Assembly: GCA_963693025.1 (NCBI GenBank)
Contig: OY843749.1
Coordinates: 712,719-776,718 of the forward strand
Reading direction: 5' to 3'
Source: Arenicellales bacterium
GTDB taxonomy: Bacteria > Pseudomonadota > Gammaproteobacteria > Arenicellales > Poriferihabitantaceae
Length of the DNA stretch: 64,000 nucleotides
Shown: in pieces, positions 30,287 through 39,561 of the stretch
Layout: each line of letters starts with the position of its first letter
Numbering within the stretch: position 1 is the first letter of the stretch
The notes under the pieces: model-generated
What the model was told of the DNA's origin: nothing
Seen by the model: only the letters and a program-made list of their open reading frames with translations
The model's database searches: none
Position numbers and translations under genes: made by a program

Positions 30287-32713
30287 CTAAAACAGCGACT
30301 CCGATTTTTCTTCGTCGAGTGGGGTTTGGGGGGCGGGGCGGGAGGGGTTGTCGGGTTCGGTGCCGGCCAGGTAGTACTCCAAGTAGCCGTCGGGGTGGTC
30401 GGGGGAGGTGACTTGGCCGGTTTCTTTGTCGATGAAGCGGGTTGTGATATGGGGGGGCGGGGCTAACTCTCGTTCGGGGAAATCTTTCAGCACCGCGCCC
30501 ATGTAGTCGACCCAGATTGGCAGCGCGGCGGTGGCGCCGGATTCGCGTCCGCCCAGATGTGACGGCTCGTCGAATCCGACGAAAACGGTGGTCACGATGT
30601 CCGGGTTGAAACCGGAAAACCACGCGTCTCGGTGGCCGTTGGTGGTGCCGGTTTTGCCGGAGAGGTCGCTACGATTGAGCGCCAGCGCGCGCCGCCCGGT
30701 GCCGGACTGGATGACCTGCCGCATCAGGCTGCTGATGAGAAACGCGTTCTGTTCGGAAATCGCGCGGTCTTCTTCGCTCGCCGTTTGCGCCGTGCCATCC
30801 GCCGCCGCGGTTTCCCCCGCCGCAGTGACGGCGCTGTCATCGAGGTCGGAGTCGGGACCGGCGGCCTTGACCAAACAGCCATCGCAGGGACCCAGATTGA
30901 CCACGTTGCCCTCGCCATCGACGATGCGCTCGATGAGATACGGCGTGACGCGTTTTCCGCCGTTGGCGAACACCGCGAAGCCGGCGGCGAGGTCGAGCGG
31001 GGTGGCGGTCGTGCTACCGAGCGCGAGCGAGTAACTGCGCGGCAGTTGGTCGCGGTCAAAGCCGAATTTGACGAGGTGGTCGATGGTCTTTTCGATGCCG
31101 ACGGCGCGCAACAGGCGCACCGCCACCAGATTGATGGAGCGGCTCAACGCCTCGCGCAGGCGCGTCGGACCGAAGAATTTCCCGCTGTAATTCTGCGGGC
31201 GCCAGAGGCCCTCGAGCGGGTCTTCGATGACGATCGGCGCCGCGCTCACCAGCGTGCCGGGGGTGAAGCCGTGGTCGAGCGCGGCGGAGTAGATGAACGG
31301 CTTGATGTTGGAGCCGGGCTGCCTGAGCGCCTGCGTGGCGCGGTTGAACTTGCTCAGGTAGTAGTCAAAGCCGCCGGTCATCGCGCGAATCGCCCCGCTG
31401 TTCGGGTCGAGGCTGACCAGCGCGCCGGATATCGCCGGCATCTGGTTGAGGCGCCAGACGTTGTCGCTGGTGCGCGACACATAGACGATGTCGCCGCGGC
31501 TGACCACCTCGGCGCTGGTGGTCGGTTCGCGCCCCATGATGTCGGCGGATTTATAGGCTTTCGCCCACTTGATATGCGCCCAGTCGATGCGAATCGTTTC
31601 CTGATCCTGCGTGAGCGCGGTGATGGACTGCCCGCGGTTTTCCAGCACGACCGCCGGCACCAGTTCCCGGCTCTTGGGATATGCCAGCAACGCCTGGTCG
31701 ATGGATTCCGGCGTTTGCTCGTCCGGGTTGATATGCGCGAGCGGACCGCGAAAGCCGTGGCGGCGGTCGTAACTCATCAAGCCGTTTCGCAACGCTTCAT
31801 CGGCCTGCGCCTGGTGCTCGCTGTTGATGCTGACCGTGACCCGGAAACCCAACTCGTAAGTCCGCTCGCCGAAGCGCTCGACCATCAACTGGCGCACCAA
31901 CTCGGCGACATACGGCGCCTGCGCTTCCACTTCGGCGACATGCCGCGTGGCGGTGACCGGCGCCTGGCGCGCGGTGTTGTAACTGAGGTCGTCGATGCGC
32001 CCCAGTTCGTGCAGGCGTTTGAGCACGTGGTCGCGGCGCTCGGCGGCGCGGCGCGGATTGGATATCGGGTTGTCGCGCGACGGCGCTTTGGGCAGCCCGG
32101 CGAGCATGGTGATTTCGGGAACGCTCAGGTTTTCCAGTTCAACGCCGTAATAAACCTGCGAAGCGGCGGCGAAACCATACGCGCGGTGGCCGAGGAAAAT
32201 CTTGTTGAAATACAGTTCCAGAATCTCATCTTTGGTCAGCGCGCGCTCCATATTGAAGGCGAGCAAGATTTCCTTGAGTTTGCGCGTGTAGGTTTTTTCC
32301 GGCGTGAGGAAAAAATTTCGCGCGACCTGCATGGTGATGGTGCTCGCCCCCTGCGAGCGCGACTTGCTCAGCAGGTTGCTCAAACCGGCGCGCACGATGC
32401 CGGGGAAGTCGACGCCGTTGTGGTGGTAGAAGCGGTCGTCTTCGGTCGCCAGCACGGCGTCGATTAGCAGCGGCGGGGTTTTGTCGAGCGAGACCGGGAT
32501 GCGCCTTTCGTTGCCATACTCGGCGATGAGTTTGCCGTCGTTGTTGTAAATGCGCAGCGGGATGTTCAGGGGGACGCGCCGGATGTCCTCGATGGTGGGC
32601 AGTTCGGGCAGCAGGGTGGCGGCATACAATCCGAGCCCGATGCCCATGGTGACCGCAAACAGCAAGCCCCACGAAAGGACTCTCAGCAGCGCTCTGGCGA
32701 AAAATCTCATCAA
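30287..32713 (-). CDS. mrcA: Penicillin-binding protein 1A
   Basis: EDDRFY, GASTITMQVARNF, RKLKE, RQPGSNIKPF (SxxK), SIN, KTGTT. Confidence 0.95.
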   Translation of the reverse strand: MMRFFARALLRVLSWGLLFAVTMGIGLGLYAATLLPELPTIEDIRRVPLNIPLRIYNNDGKLIAEYGNERRIPVSLDKTPPLLIDAVLATEDDRFYHHNGVDFPGIVRAGLSNLLSKSRSQGASTITMQVARNFFLTPEKTYTRKLKEILLAFNMERALTKDEILELYFNKIFLGHRAYGFAAASQVYYGVELENLSVPEITMLAGLPKAPSRDNPISNPRRAAERRDHVLKRLHELGRIDDLSYNTARQAPVTATRHVAEVEAQAPYVAELVRQLMVERFGERTYELGFRVTVSINSEHQAQADEALRNGLMSYDRRHGFRGPLAHINPDEQTPESIDQALLAYPKSRELVPAVVLENRGQSITALTQDQETIRIDWAHIKWAKAYKSADIMGREPTTSAEVVSRGDIVYVSRTSDNVWRLNQMPAISGALVSLDPNSGAIRAMTGGFDYYLSKFNRATQALRQPGSNIKPFIYSAALDHGFTPGTLVSAAPIVIEDPLEGLWRPQNYSGKFFGPTRLREALSRSINLVAVRLLRAVGIEKTIDHLVKFGFDRDQLPRSYSLALGSTTATPLDLAAGFAVFANGGKRVTPYLIERIVDGEGNVVNLGPCDGCLVKAAGPDSDLDDSAVTAAGETAAADGTAQTASEEDRAISEQNAFLISSLMRQVIQSGTGRRALALNRSDLSGKTGTTNGHRDAWFSGFNPDIVTTVFVGFDEPSHLGGRESGATAALPIWVDYMGAVLKDFPERELAPPPHITTRFIDKETGQVTSPDHPDGYLEYYLAGTEPDNPSRPAPQTPLDEEKSESLF

Positions 32714-32835
32714 ACCAACCGGTTGTGTCTTGACACGCGTCTCGCGGGGCGACGGGAAAACTTCCCCACGCGCGCCCGCACAAAGTATTATAGCCCCAAT
32801 CCGTGTTCGGCAACCGCCACCGTGAGACTTAACGC

Positions 32836-33384
32836 GTGCAAACTAATGTCTATCTGATCGGCCTGATGGGGGCGGGCAAAACCACCGTGGGGCGCAAACT
32901 CGCCCGCCTGCTGCGCTGCGATTTCATCGACACCGACCACGCGCTGGAGGAGCGCACCGGGGTGTCGGTCAGCCACATATTCGAGATTGAAGGCGAGCGC
33001 GGTTTCCGCGAGCGGGAAGCCAAACTGCTGGCGGAAGTCAGCATGCGCGAGCGCGCCGGCGGCGCGGTCATCGCCACCGGCGGCGGCGTCGTGCTGATGG
33101 AAAGCAACCGCCGGGTGATGCGCCGCTCGGGAACCGTGGTGTATTTGCGCGCCTCGGCGGAGTTGCTCTGGGAGCGCCTCAAAGGCGGCCAGACCCGCCC
33201 GCTGTTGAGCGCGCCGGACCCGAAAAGTAAAATAGCGCAACTGCTGGAAGCGCGCGCTCCGCTGTATACCGCGCAAGCGGATTTTATCGTCGACGTGGGC
33301 GCCGATGCGGGCGCCGAGCCGGCGGTCAAACTGGCGAACAAAATAGACGACCTTCTGCGGCACGAGCACGATGTGGTGCGATGA
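32836..33384 (+). CDS. aroK: Shikimate kinase
   Basis: LIGLMGAGKTTVG, FEIEGERGFR, ATGGG, RPLL. Confidence 0.95.
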   Translation: MQTNVYLIGLMGAGKTTVGRKLARLLRCDFIDTDHALEERTGVSVSHIFEIEGERGFREREAKLLAEVSMRERAGGAVIATGGGVVLMESNRRVMRRSGTVVYLRASAELLWERLKGGQTRPLLSAPDPKSKIAQLLEARAPLYTAQADFIVDVGADAGAEPAVKLANKIDDLLRHEHDVVR

Positions 33385-34472
33385 AAACGGTTGAAATCAA
33401 TTTGAAAGAGCGCGGCTACCAAGTCCGCATCGGGCGCGACTTGCTGTCCGCGGCGGACGAGTGGATGCCGTGGATTGCCGGCGGGCAGGTCTGCATCGTC
33501 ACCGACGACGTGGTCGCGCCGCTTTACCTTGAGCGCGTGCGCGCGGCGTTGCCGGACAAGCAGGTGGTCAGCAAAATTCTGCCGCACGGGGAGCCGGGCA
33601 AGCATCTCGGCGGCATCGAAGACATCATTGAGTTGCTGCTGAGCACGCCGTGCGACCGCGAGGTCACGCTCATCGCCCTCGGCGGCGGCGTGGTCGGCGA
33701 CATGGCGGGCTTTGCCGCCGCGTGCTATCAGCGCGGCGTGCCGTTCATCCAGGCGCCCACCACCTTGCTCGCGCAGGTCGATTCCTCGGTGGGCGGCAAG
33801 ACCGGGGTCAACCATCCGCTCGGCAAGAACATGATTGGCGCGTTTCACCAGCCGCGCCGGGTGCTCGCCGACACCGCCACGCTCGACACCCTCGACCGTC
33901 GGCAGTTTTGCGCGGGAATGGCGGAGGTGATTAAGTATGGCGTCATCAACGACTCGGCGTTTTTCGCGTGGTTGGAAAGCCACATCGACGCGGTCATGGC
34001 GCGCGACCCCGACGCGCTGGAGTTCATCATCGAGCGCTCGTGCGTCAACAAAGCGGCCATCGTCGAGCAAGACGAGCGGGAAAGCGCGGCGGGGACTGGC
34101 GGGCGCGCGCTGCTCAATCTGGGGCACACCTTCGCACACGCGATTGAAGCGGGCACCGGTTACAACCAATGGCTGCACGGCGAGGCGGTCGCCACCGGCA
34201 TCGCAATGGCGGCGCATCTGTCGATGGCAATGGGGCGGATGTCCGCCGACGAAGGCGAGCGCATCAGCCGCTTGCTCGTTGCCGCCGGGCTGCCCGTGGG
34301 ACCTTTCGCCGGCGTGTCGACGCCGGACATGCTACGGCTGATGAAGGTGGATAAGAAGGTGCGCGACGGCAAGTTGCGGCTGGTGCTGCCGGAGGGCATC
34401 GGCAAGGCGCGCGTCGTGGCGGATTATCCGCCGCAGGCGCTGATGCAAACCGTGGCGCATTTTACTGCGTAG
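33381..34472 (+). CDS. aroB: 3-dehydroquinate synthase
   Basis: LGGGVVGDMAGFAAA, PTTLLAQVDSSVGGKTGVN, LNLGHTFAHAIE, HGEAV. Confidence 0.96.
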   Translation: MKTVEINLKERGYQVRIGRDLLSAADEWMPWIAGGQVCIVTDDVVAPLYLERVRAALPDKQVVSKILPHGEPGKHLGGIEDIIELLLSTPCDREVTLIALGGGVVGDMAGFAAACYQRGVPFIQAPTTLLAQVDSSVGGKTGVNHPLGKNMIGAFHQPRRVLADTATLDTLDRRQFCAGMAEVIKYGVINDSAFFAWLESHIDAVMARDPDALEFIIERSCVNKAAIVEQDERESAAGTGGRALLNLGHTFAHAIEAGTGYNQWLHGEAVATGIAMAAHLSMAMGRMSADEGERISRLLVAAGLPVGPFAGVSTPDMLRLMKVDKKVRDGKLRLVLPEGIGKARVVADYPPQALMQTVAHFTA

Positions 34473-34495
34473 CAAACGGCTATAATCCGGCTGTT

Positions 34496-34783
34496 ATGGT
34501 GATTGTATTCAACCGCGACGAAGACGCCTATTTGGCATGGCTTGCCAAAAACCCGCATGGTTTTGTCGTCAACACATACCAGAAACCCGACTCAAGTTAT
34601 CTGATATTGCACCGTGCGAGTTGCGCCAGCATTAGCAACGACGCGAAACCGCCGGGCGGATTCACCGAACGGGACTATATAAAAATCTGTGCGCTGACGA
34701 TAGACGAACTTCGCGCCGAGATGAAATCGCGCAAACTAACGAACGGCTCATTCAGCAAAGAATGTGGTCTCTGCAAACCATGA
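34496..34783 (+). CDS. Hypothetical protein (95 aa) with HxxxC...C...CxxC pattern, between aroB and argH
   Basis: Lower GC; TATAAT at 34481-34486; stop overlaps the argH ATG (ATGA at 34780-34783). Confidence 0.7.
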   Translation: MVIVFNRDEDAYLAWLAKNPHGFVVNTYQKPDSSYLILHRASCASISNDAKPPGGFTERDYIKICALTIDELRAEMKSRKLTNGSFSKECGLCKP

Positions 34784-36171
34784 CCCAAAAAAAACCCTGG
34801 AGCGGTCGCTTCGCCAAACAAACGCATCCGCTAATGGAAACATTTTCCGCTTCCGTCGGATTTGACCGACGCTTATACCGCCACGACATTCGCTGCTCGC
34901 TCGCGCATGCGCGTATGCTGGCAGACATCGGCGTGCTGAGCGCCGGCGAATTGAACGACATTAAAAACGGCTTGAGCGCCATCCTCAAACAAATCGAACA
35001 AGGCGAGTTCCAATGGAGCGACACGCTCGAAGACGTCCACATGAATATCGAAGCGAAACTCATCGACCTAATCGGCGACGCCGGCAAGAAACTGCACACC
35101 GCGCGCTCGCGCAACGACCAGGTCGCCACCGGCATGCGGCTTTACTTGCGCGAGCAACTGGACGAACTCTGCCGCGCGCTCGGCGCGTTGCAGCGGGCGG
35201 TGGTGGATTTGGCGGCGGCTGAGGCGGCGACGATTATGCCCGGCTTGACGCACCTGCAAAGCGCGCAGCCGGTCACCTTCGGCCATCATCTGCTGGCGTG
35301 GAATGAGATGCTGGAACGCGACGACGCGCGCCTGCGGGAATGCCGCGCGCGCGTCAACATCTCGCCGCTCGGCAGCGCGGCGCTTGCCGGTACCGGCTTC
35401 AACATCGACCGCGAGATGACCGCCGGGGAGTTGGGCTTTGACGGCGTCAGCCGCAACTCGCTGGACGCGGTTTCCGACCGCGACTTTGCGGTCGAGTTCG
35501 CCGCCGATGCGGCGTTGCTGATGGTGCACCTGTCGCGGATGGCGGAAGAAATCGTGCTGTGGTGCTCGGACGCATTCGGTTTCATCGACCTCGGCGACGC
35601 GTTCAGCACCGGCTCAAGCATCATGCCGCAGAAAAAAAACCCGGACGTGGCGGAGCTCGTGCGCGGCAAATGCGCGCGCGTGAACGGCAATCTGACGGCG
35701 TTGCTGATGCTGATGAAGGCACAGCCGCTGGCGTATAACCGCGACAACCAGGAGGACAAGGAGCCGGTGTTTGACAGCATCGACACGGCGTTGCTTTGCC
35801 TGCGAGTGTTCGCCGCGATGCTGCCGCAAATCACGCTTGACCGCGATAAAATGCTGGCGGCGGCTGAGCGCGGCTATTCGACCGCAACCGACCTGGCGGA
35901 CTACTTGGTCGGCAGGAAAGTGCCGTTCCGCGAGGCGCACGAAGTGGTCGGCAAGGTGGTCGCGTTTGCGTTGAAAAAAAATCTGCCGCTGGCGCAAATA
36001 GAACTCGCCGATTTCAACCGCTTCAGCGCGGCAATCCAATCGGATGTATTCGATGTCTTGACCGTGCAAGGCTCGGTCGCCGCGCGCAACCACATTGGCG
36101 GCACCGCGCCCGAGTGCGTCGCCAAAGCGGCGGCGGAAGCGTTGCGCGTGCTGGATGCGAAGGAGGTCTGA
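34780..36171 (+). CDS. argH: Argininosuccinate lyase
   Basis: [47 protein letters not shown]. Confidence 0.97.
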   Translation: MTQKKPWSGRFAKQTHPLMETFSASVGFDRRLYRHDIRCSLAHARMLADIGVLSAGELNDIKNGLSAILKQIEQGEFQWSDTLEDVHMNIEAKLIDLIGDAGKKLHTARSRNDQVATGMRLYLREQLDELCRALGALQRAVVDLAAAEAATIMPGLTHLQSAQPVTFGHHLLAWNEMLERDDARLRECRARVNISPLGSAALAGTGFNIDREMTAGELGFDGVSRNSLDAVSDRDFAVEFAADAALLMVHLSRMAEEIVLWCSDAFGFIDLGDAFSTGSSIMPQKKNPDVAELVRGKCARVNGNLTALLMLMKAQPLAYNRDNQEDKEPVFDSIDTALLCLRVFAAMLPQITLDRDKMLAAAERGYSTATDLADYLVGRKVPFREAHEVVGKVVAFALKKNLPLAQIELADFNRFSAAIQSDVFDVLTVQGSVAARNHIGGTAPECVAKAAAEALRVLDAKEV

Positions 36172-36193
36172 CGTGACGAAAGCGAGACAGGCG

Positions 36194-36403
36194 ATGAAAA
36201 AGTCGTGGCGGATGGCGTTGTTGCTCGGCATAACGGGCCTGTTGCCCGCCGCCTGCGGTCAGACCGGCGCGTTGTATTTGCCTGACTCCGGCGGTGAGGA
36301 GAGCGCCGCCGTCGCGCCTCAGGGTAACGGCGTCGCGCCTCAGAGTAACGGCGTAACGCCTCAGCGTAACGGCGTAACGCCTCAGAATATCGCCACCGAC
36401 TAA
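36194..36403 (+). CDS. lptM: LptM/YifL/LppL-family small lipoprotein
   Basis: Lipobox LPAAC followed by GQTGALYLP; conserved position between argH and lysA. Confidence 0.75.
   Translation: MKKSWRMALLLGITGLLPAACGQTGALYLPDSGGEESAAVAPQGNGVAPQSNGVTPQRNGVTPQNIATD
36311..36385 (+). repeat. 21-bp in-frame tandem repeat (~3.6 units) in the lipoprotein tail
   Basis: GTCGCGCCTCAGGGTAACGGC / GTCGCGCCTCAGAGTAACGGC / GTAACGCCTCAGCGTAACGGC / GTAACGCCTCAG, encoding V(A/T)PQxNG. Confidence 0.9.
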
Positions 36404-36456
36404 CCGCCCCGCTTCACGCTCCCCGGCTTGATGCGCGGCGGGGCGGGCGGTCAAGC

Positions 36457-37761
36457 ATGGATTATTTCCACTACATCGACGGTCATCTCCACGCGGAGCA
36501 GACGCCCTTGCGGGAGATTGCGGCGCGCGTCGGCACGCCGTGTTACGTCTATTCGCGCGCCACTTTGGAGCGGCACTGGCGCGCCTTCGACGACGCCCTC
36601 GGCAACCACCCGCACCGCATCTGCTACTCGGTCAAAGCCAACGGCAATCTGGCGGTGCTCGAGGTGCTCGCCCGGCTGGGCTCCGGGTTTGACATCGTCT
36701 CCGGCGGCGAACTGCGCCGCGTCATCGCCGCCGGCACTGAGGCGGCGGACAAAACGATTTTTTCCGGCGTCGGCAAGCAACGCTGGGAAATCCGCGAAGC
36801 CCTTGAAGCCGGAATCCGTTGTTTCAATATCGAGTCGGAAGGGGAGTTGCGGCGCATCAGCGACATCGCCGGGCAGCAGGGGCGGGTCGCCGCCATCTCG
36901 GTGCGGCTGAACCCGGATGTGGACGCCAACACCCACCCGTATATTTCCACCGGCTTGCGCGAGAATAAATTCGGACTGGCGGCGGAGCGCGCGCTCGCGG
37001 TCTACCGGCACGCGCAGAGCGACCCCAACATCCGCATCAGCGGCGTGGCGTGCCATATTGGCTCGCAGTTGACCGACTTGGCGCCGTATAAAGACGCGCT
37101 GCGGCGCGTGCTGGAATTCGTCGACCGGCTGGAAGCGAGCGGCATTGAGATTGAGCATATAGACTTCGGCGGCGGGCTGGGGGTGCGCTACTGCGCCGAG
37201 ACGCCGCCGAGCCCGGCAGAGTATGGCGCGGCGATTCTAGAGCAAGTCCGCGCGCGCAAAAAAATTCTGCCGGTCGTCATCGAGCCGGGGCGGGCAATCG
37301 CCGCCAACGCCGGCGTGTTGCTGACGCGCGTCGTTTGTCTCAAGCGCGGCGACGGTGGCGGCGCGGACGGCGGCGGCGCGGATTTCTGCGTGGTGGATGC
37401 CGGGATGAACGACTTGATTCGCCCGGCGTTGTATCAGGCGCATCAGGAAATAGTCGAAGTGGAACAGCAACCGAGCGCGCCGGAGCGGTTGTATGATGTG
37501 GTCGGTCCGGTGTGCGAGAGCAGCGACTTTCTGGGCAAGGCAAGACGCTTGAAAGTGCACGAGGCGCAGCCCGGCCCGGAGTCCGAAGCGAGCCTGCTGG
37601 CGGTCAGAACCGCGGGCGCGTATGGCGCGGTCATGAGCTCCAACTACAACGCGCGCCCCCGCCCGGCGGAAGTGATGGTGGACGGCGGCGAGTTCCACCT
37701 CGTGCGAAAACGCGAAAGCCTCGATGCGCTTTACCGCGACGAATCGGTGTTGCCGGACTAA
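36457..37761 (+). CDS. lysA: Diaminopimelate decarboxylase
   Basis: YSVKAN, FDIVSGGEL, TGLRENKFG, DFGGGLG, EPGRAI, GPVCESSD, SSNYNARP. Confidence 0.96.
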   Translation: MDYFHYIDGHLHAEQTPLREIAARVGTPCYVYSRATLERHWRAFDDALGNHPHRICYSVKANGNLAVLEVLARLGSGFDIVSGGELRRVIAAGTEAADKTIFSGVGKQRWEIREALEAGIRCFNIESEGELRRISDIAGQQGRVAAISVRLNPDVDANTHPYISTGLRENKFGLAAERALAVYRHAQSDPNIRISGVACHIGSQLTDLAPYKDALRRVLEFVDRLEASGIEIEHIDFGGGLGVRYCAETPPSPAEYGAAILEQVRARKKILPVVIEPGRAIAANAGVLLTRVVCLKRGDGGGADGGGADFCVVDAGMNDLIRPALYQAHQEIVEVEQQPSAPERLYDVVGPVCESSDFLGKARRLKVHEAQPGPESEASLLAVRTAGAYGAVMSSNYNARPRPAEVMVDGGEFHLVRKRESLDALYRDESVLPD

Positions 37762-37807
37762 TGCATGGGCGGCATATTTTTATCAACCTTATAACAGGAG
37801 CATCCCA

Positions 37808-38290
37808 ATGAAAAAATTTCTCATCTCCCTGGCCGTCATCATCAGCGTCATCTCGGTGCTGGCGGTCGGCGGCGTGTATTACGTCTTGTCTCGCGGCGAC
37901 TATGACCACCACATCGTGTCGCGCGTCCTCGATAAAATCGACGACGAAGTGAACCTCAGCGGCGAGCAAAGCACGCGCATCGAAGCGGCGCTCAACGACG
38001 CCGTCAAACGCTTCCGCAAAACGCGCCAAGAGTCAATCACCGCGCTGCTCACCCAGCCCACCCTAACCACCGAACAAGTCCGCCAAGCAATGGACACCCA
38101 CCGCCCCGGCAGCGCCCGCGAACACCGAGACGCCCTAATCGCCGACACGGTGGTAAGCATCCACCAAATCCTAACCCCCACCCAACGCACCGAACTGGCC
38201 GAAGTCCTGGACGAAATGCGAGAAGAATTCACCCACCACCGCGGTCGCCGGCACCACCGCGAACGCTGGCAACGTTGGTGGTGGTGGTGA
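37808..38290 (+). CDS. Spy/CpxP-like periplasmic protein
   Basis: N-terminal hydrophobic signal/anchor, LTTEQ and LTPTQR (LTxxQ) motifs, His/Arg-rich tail. Confidence 0.55.
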   Translation: MKKFLISLAVIISVISVLAVGGVYYVLSRGDYDHHIVSRVLDKIDDEVNLSGEQSTRIEAALNDAVKRFRKTRQESITALLTQPTLTTEQVRQAMDTHRPGSAREHRDALIADTVVSIHQILTPTQRTELAEVLDEMREEFTHHRGRRHHRERWQRWWWW

Positions 38291-38652
38291 GTCGTCATTC
38301 TCGAGCGTTAGTGTCCGTTGCCGCCCCCACTACTCCGTCATTTCGAGCGTTAGTGTCCGTTGCCGCCCCACTACTCCGTCATTCTCGAGCGTTAGTGACC
38401 GTTTGCCGCCGCGCTTTTTCTTTTAAGCGGCGGCTTACGGACACTTGCGTCCTCGGGAATCTCCCTAAGACTGGCACGGGCTTTGTTGGAATTCACGGTA
38501 GCCTTAGGGAGATTCCCGAAGCGAAGAAAATATGGTCGCCTGTCGGCTCCCTATTTTCTATCGTTCGAGAATGACGAGGTTGGGGGGCTCCCTATTTTTC
38601 TATCGTTCGAGAATGACGGCTATTACCCGTCACTCTCGAGCGTTAGTGTCCG
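38291..38652. repeat. Cluster 3 of the ~200-bp repeat: two 5'-end fragments, a full copy (38377-38578), a 3'-end fragment and a 5'-end fragment
   Basis: GTCATT(C)TCGAGCGTTAGTGTCCG occurs four times and TTCGAGAATGAC twice; fills the whole gap between two convergent stop codons. Confidence 0.93.
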
Positions 38653-39537
38653 CTACCCCCCACGCTTGATCTTGAGTCCCGTTTCGTAAAGTTCATTGCG
38701 GCTTTCGTTGAGGAGTTTTGCGGCTATTTGGGTGGCGCGTTTGAGGGGCATTTCTTCGCTCAGTAGCGTCATGATTTCGGCTGCGCGGCGGGCTTCGCCT
38801 CGGCGGGCGGTGGCGCCGCTGATGATGAGCACGAACTCGCCCTTGCGGTGATGCGCGGCGGTGGCAAGGGTTGTCCTCACCTCCGCCAGCGTGCCGCAGT
38901 AAAAGGTCTCGAATTTCTTGCTGATTTCGCGCGCCACGGTGACCTGCCGGTCGTCGCCGAACAGCGGCGCCATCGCCTCGAGCGTGGCGGTGATGCGGTG
39001 GCTGGATTCGTATAAGACCAGCGTGCGCGGCTCGTCTTGCAGGTCGCGCAACCGCCGCTTGCGGGCTTCGGCGGTGGCGGGCAGAAACCCCTCGAAGCAG
39101 AACCGCTCGGCGGACTGCCCCGCCGCCGACAGCGCCGCGGTCACGGCGCTTGCGCCCGGCACCGGGGTCACGCCGATGCCCGCCTCCCGCGCCCGGCGCA
39201 CCAGACGGTAGCCGGGGTCGCTGATGAGGGGCGTGCCGGCGTCGCTGATTAGCGCCATGCGCGCGCCGCCGCCCAGCCGCCGCAGCAACGCCGGCAGCCG
39301 CGCGGCTTCGTTGTGTTGATGAAACGAGCGCACCGGCGTGCGAATGTCCAGATGCCGCAGCAGCACCGCCGCGCGCCGGGTGTCTTCCGCGAGAATCAAA
39401 TCGACCCGCGCGAGCACGTCGATTGCGCGCAGGGTGATGTCCGCCAGGTTGCCGATGGGCGTGGCGACGACGAACAGCGTGCCGGTTTCGCCGCCGGTTT
39501 CAGACGCGCGGGCGGGCGCTTCGGTTTTGCGGTTCAT
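38653..39537 (-). CDS. rsmI: 16S rRNA (cytidine1402-2'-O)-methyltransferase
   Basis: LFVVATPIGNLADIT, AEDTR, ISDAGTPLISDPG, LYESSHR, REISKKFE, KGEFV; divergent from lpoA. Confidence 0.95.
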   Translation of the reverse strand: MNRKTEAPARASETGGETGTLFVVATPIGNLADITLRAIDVLARVDLILAEDTRRAAVLLRHLDIRTPVRSFHQHNEAARLPALLRRLGGGARMALISDAGTPLISDPGYRLVRRAREAGIGVTPVPGASAVTAALSAAGQSAERFCFEGFLPATAEARKRRLRDLQDEPRTLVLYESSHRITATLEAMAPLFGDDRQVTVAREISKKFETFYCGTLAEVRTTLATAAHHRKGEFVLIISGATARRGEARRAAEIMTLLSEEMPLKRATQIAAKLLNESRNELYETGLKIKRGG

Positions 39538-39561
39538 GCGCGGGTCTCGTATACTTTCGCC

